Origin: an uncultured delta proteobacterium | GTDB lineage: Bacteria; Myxococcota; Myxococcia; Myxococcales; Myxococcaceae | Assembly (NCBI GenBank): GCA_963796055.1 | Contig: CAWCKH010000004.1 | Coordinates: forward strand, 1,824,001 to 1,888,000 | Direction: 5' to 3' | Length of the DNA: 64,000 nucleotides | In this document: positions 62,533-64,000 of the stretch, piece by piece | Numbering within the stretch: the first letter of the stretch is position 1 | Layout of the letters: every line of letters begins with the position of its first letter | Made by a program: the position numbers and the translations under genes | Notes under the pieces: model-generated | Told to the model about the DNA's origin: nothing | The model's database searches: none | The model's input: only the letters and a program-made list of their open reading frames with translations

Positions 62533-64000
62533 TCAGGACCGGGAGACGACCCGCGGCACCGCCTGCGCCGCCTCGGCCCGCGCCTCGTCGAAGAGCGGCT
62601 TCAGCTCGGCGTCGGTGAGGGTCTCCGTCTCCAGCAGCAGCCGCGCGGCCTTCTCCAATGTCACCCGTCGCTGGGCGAGGAGGGTGCGGCACCGCTCGGA
62701 GGCGTTCTGGACGATCTCCCGGACGGCGAGGTCGATCTCCCGCGCGGTCTCCTCGCTGAACGTCCGGCGGCTGAGCCCCTGAGGCCCGAGGTAGGCCTGG
62801 CTGTCGTTGTCGTACGTTACCGGGCCGAGGCCGGGCACCATCGCGTACCGGGTGGCCATGCTCCGCGCGATGTCGGTCGCCTTCGCCAGGTCGTCGGCGG
62901 CCCCGGTCGAGGTGTGCTCGAACACCAGGAGCTCCGCGGACCGGCCCCCGAGGAGCACCACCAGCTTGCCCTCCAGCTCTTCGCGGGTCATGAGGTAGCG
63001 GTCCTCGGTGGGCCGCTGGAGCGTGTAGCCCAGGGCCCCGATGCCCCGGGGGATGATGCTGACCTTGTGCACCGGGTCGACTCCGGTGGTCGCCGCGGCG
63101 GCGAGCGCGTGCCCCATCTCGTGGAAGGCCACGATCTCCCGCTCGCGGGGGTTGAGGAGCCGGTTCTTCTTCTCCAGGCCGGCCACGATCCGCTCGATGG
63201 CAGCGTCGAAATCCTCCCGCTCCACCGCCTGGGCCTTGCGCCGGGTGGCGTTGAGCGCTGCCTCGTTGACCAGGTTGGCCAGGTCGGCACCGGTGAAGCC
63301 CGGGGTGAGGGCGGCGATCTGGTCCGGATCCACGCTGGCCCCGATCTTCACCTTCGCCATGTGGACCTTGAGGATCGCCACCCGGCCCACCCGGTCGGGA
63401 CGATCCACCAGCACCTGGCGGTCGAACCGGCCGGCGCGGAGCAGGGCGGGGTCGAGGATCTCCGGGCGGTTGGTCGCGCCGATCAGCACGATGCCCGCGC
63501 TCTGGTCGAATCCGTCCAGCTCGACCAGGAGCTGGTTCAAGGTCTGCTCCTTCTCGTCGTGCCCGCCGACCAGGCCCGATGCCCCGCGGGCCCGGCCGAG
63601 GGCGTCCAGCTCGTCGATGAAGATGATGCACGGCGCCTTGGCGCGCGCCTGCTCGAAGAGGTCCCGGACCCGGGCCGCGCCCACGCCGACGAACATCTCC
63701 ACGAACTCGCTGCCGCTGATGGAAAAGAACGGCACCTCGGCCTCACCCGCCACCGCGCGGGCGAGCAGCGTCTTGCCCGTCCCCGGCGGCCCGACGAGCA
63801 GCACGCCCTTCGGCATCCGCCCCCCGAGGCGCGAGTATTCCTCGGGGTTCTTCAGGAACTCGACCACCTCGGCCAGCTCGGCCTTCGCCTCGTCCACCCC
63901 CGCCACGTCGCTGAAGCGGGTCTTGACGTCGGTCTCGACGAAGACCTTGGCCTTGCTCTTCCCGATGGCCAGCAGCCCCCCGCCGCCCGCGCCCATCCGG
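62533..64000 (-). CDS. ftsH: ATP-dependent zinc metalloprotease FtsH, 5'-partial
   Basis: [26 protein letters not shown] and HEMGH. Confidence 0.96.
   Translation of the reverse strand, partial: RMGAGGGGLLAIGKSKAKVFVETDVKTRFSDVAGVDEAKAELAEVVEFLKNPEEYSRLGGRMPKGVLLVGPPGTGKTLLARAVAGEAEVPFFSISGSEFVEMFVGVGAARVRDLFEQARAKAPCIIFIDELDALGRARGASGLVGGHDEKEQTLNQLLVELDGFDQSAGIVLIGATNRPEILDPALLRAGRFDRQVLVDRPDRVGRVAILKVHMAKVKIGASVDPDQIAALTPGFTGADLANLVNEAALNATRRKAQAVEREDFDAAIERIVAGLEKKNRLLNPREREIVAFHEMGHALAAAATTGVDPVHKVSIIPRGIGALGYTLQRPTEDRYLMTREELEGKLVVLLGGRSAELLVFEHTSTGAADDLAKATDIARSMATRYAMVPGLGPVTYDNDSQAYLGPQGLSRRTFSEETAREIDLAVREIVQNASERCRTLLAQRRVTLEKAARLLLETETLTDAELKPLFDEARAEAAQAVPRVVSRS

Overview
High-GC bacterial chromosomal window, most likely from a Myxococcota (Myxococcaceae/Anaeromyxobacter-like) genome. 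That assignment is inferred from a MYXO-CTERM-like tail, TonB_C-fused receptor, PEGA and Cys-rich lipoproteins and Ser/Thr kinases. Most of the window is housekeeping or common accessory genes: purF, purSQL, def, pckG, miaE, gluQ, hemG, pdxH, glgA, zwf, kbl-tdh, slyX, partial ftsH, two-component genes, an ECF41/CMD pair, OPT and MFS transporters, and a WYL/VOC pair. Isolated single-base frameshifts in several conserved genes look like long-read consensus errors. The most notable non-coding signal is a dispersed palindromic repeat, GAGGTGTC-A-GACACCTC, found mostly between convergent genes. One copy is expanded into a 3x14-bp tandem array. Another has been hit exactly at its centre by a 1294-bp IS10-like (IS4 family) element with a 9-bp target duplication TGTCAGACA. 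Other points of interest are a five-gene surface-protein cluster (43.9-51.5 kb) with sigma54-like motifs and a garbled, AT-shifted internal segment, D-[AG]-G-rich lipoproteins, an HTH plus multi-CxxC protein, and a kinase with an in-frame TGA. No rRNA, tRNA or CRISPR array was seen.
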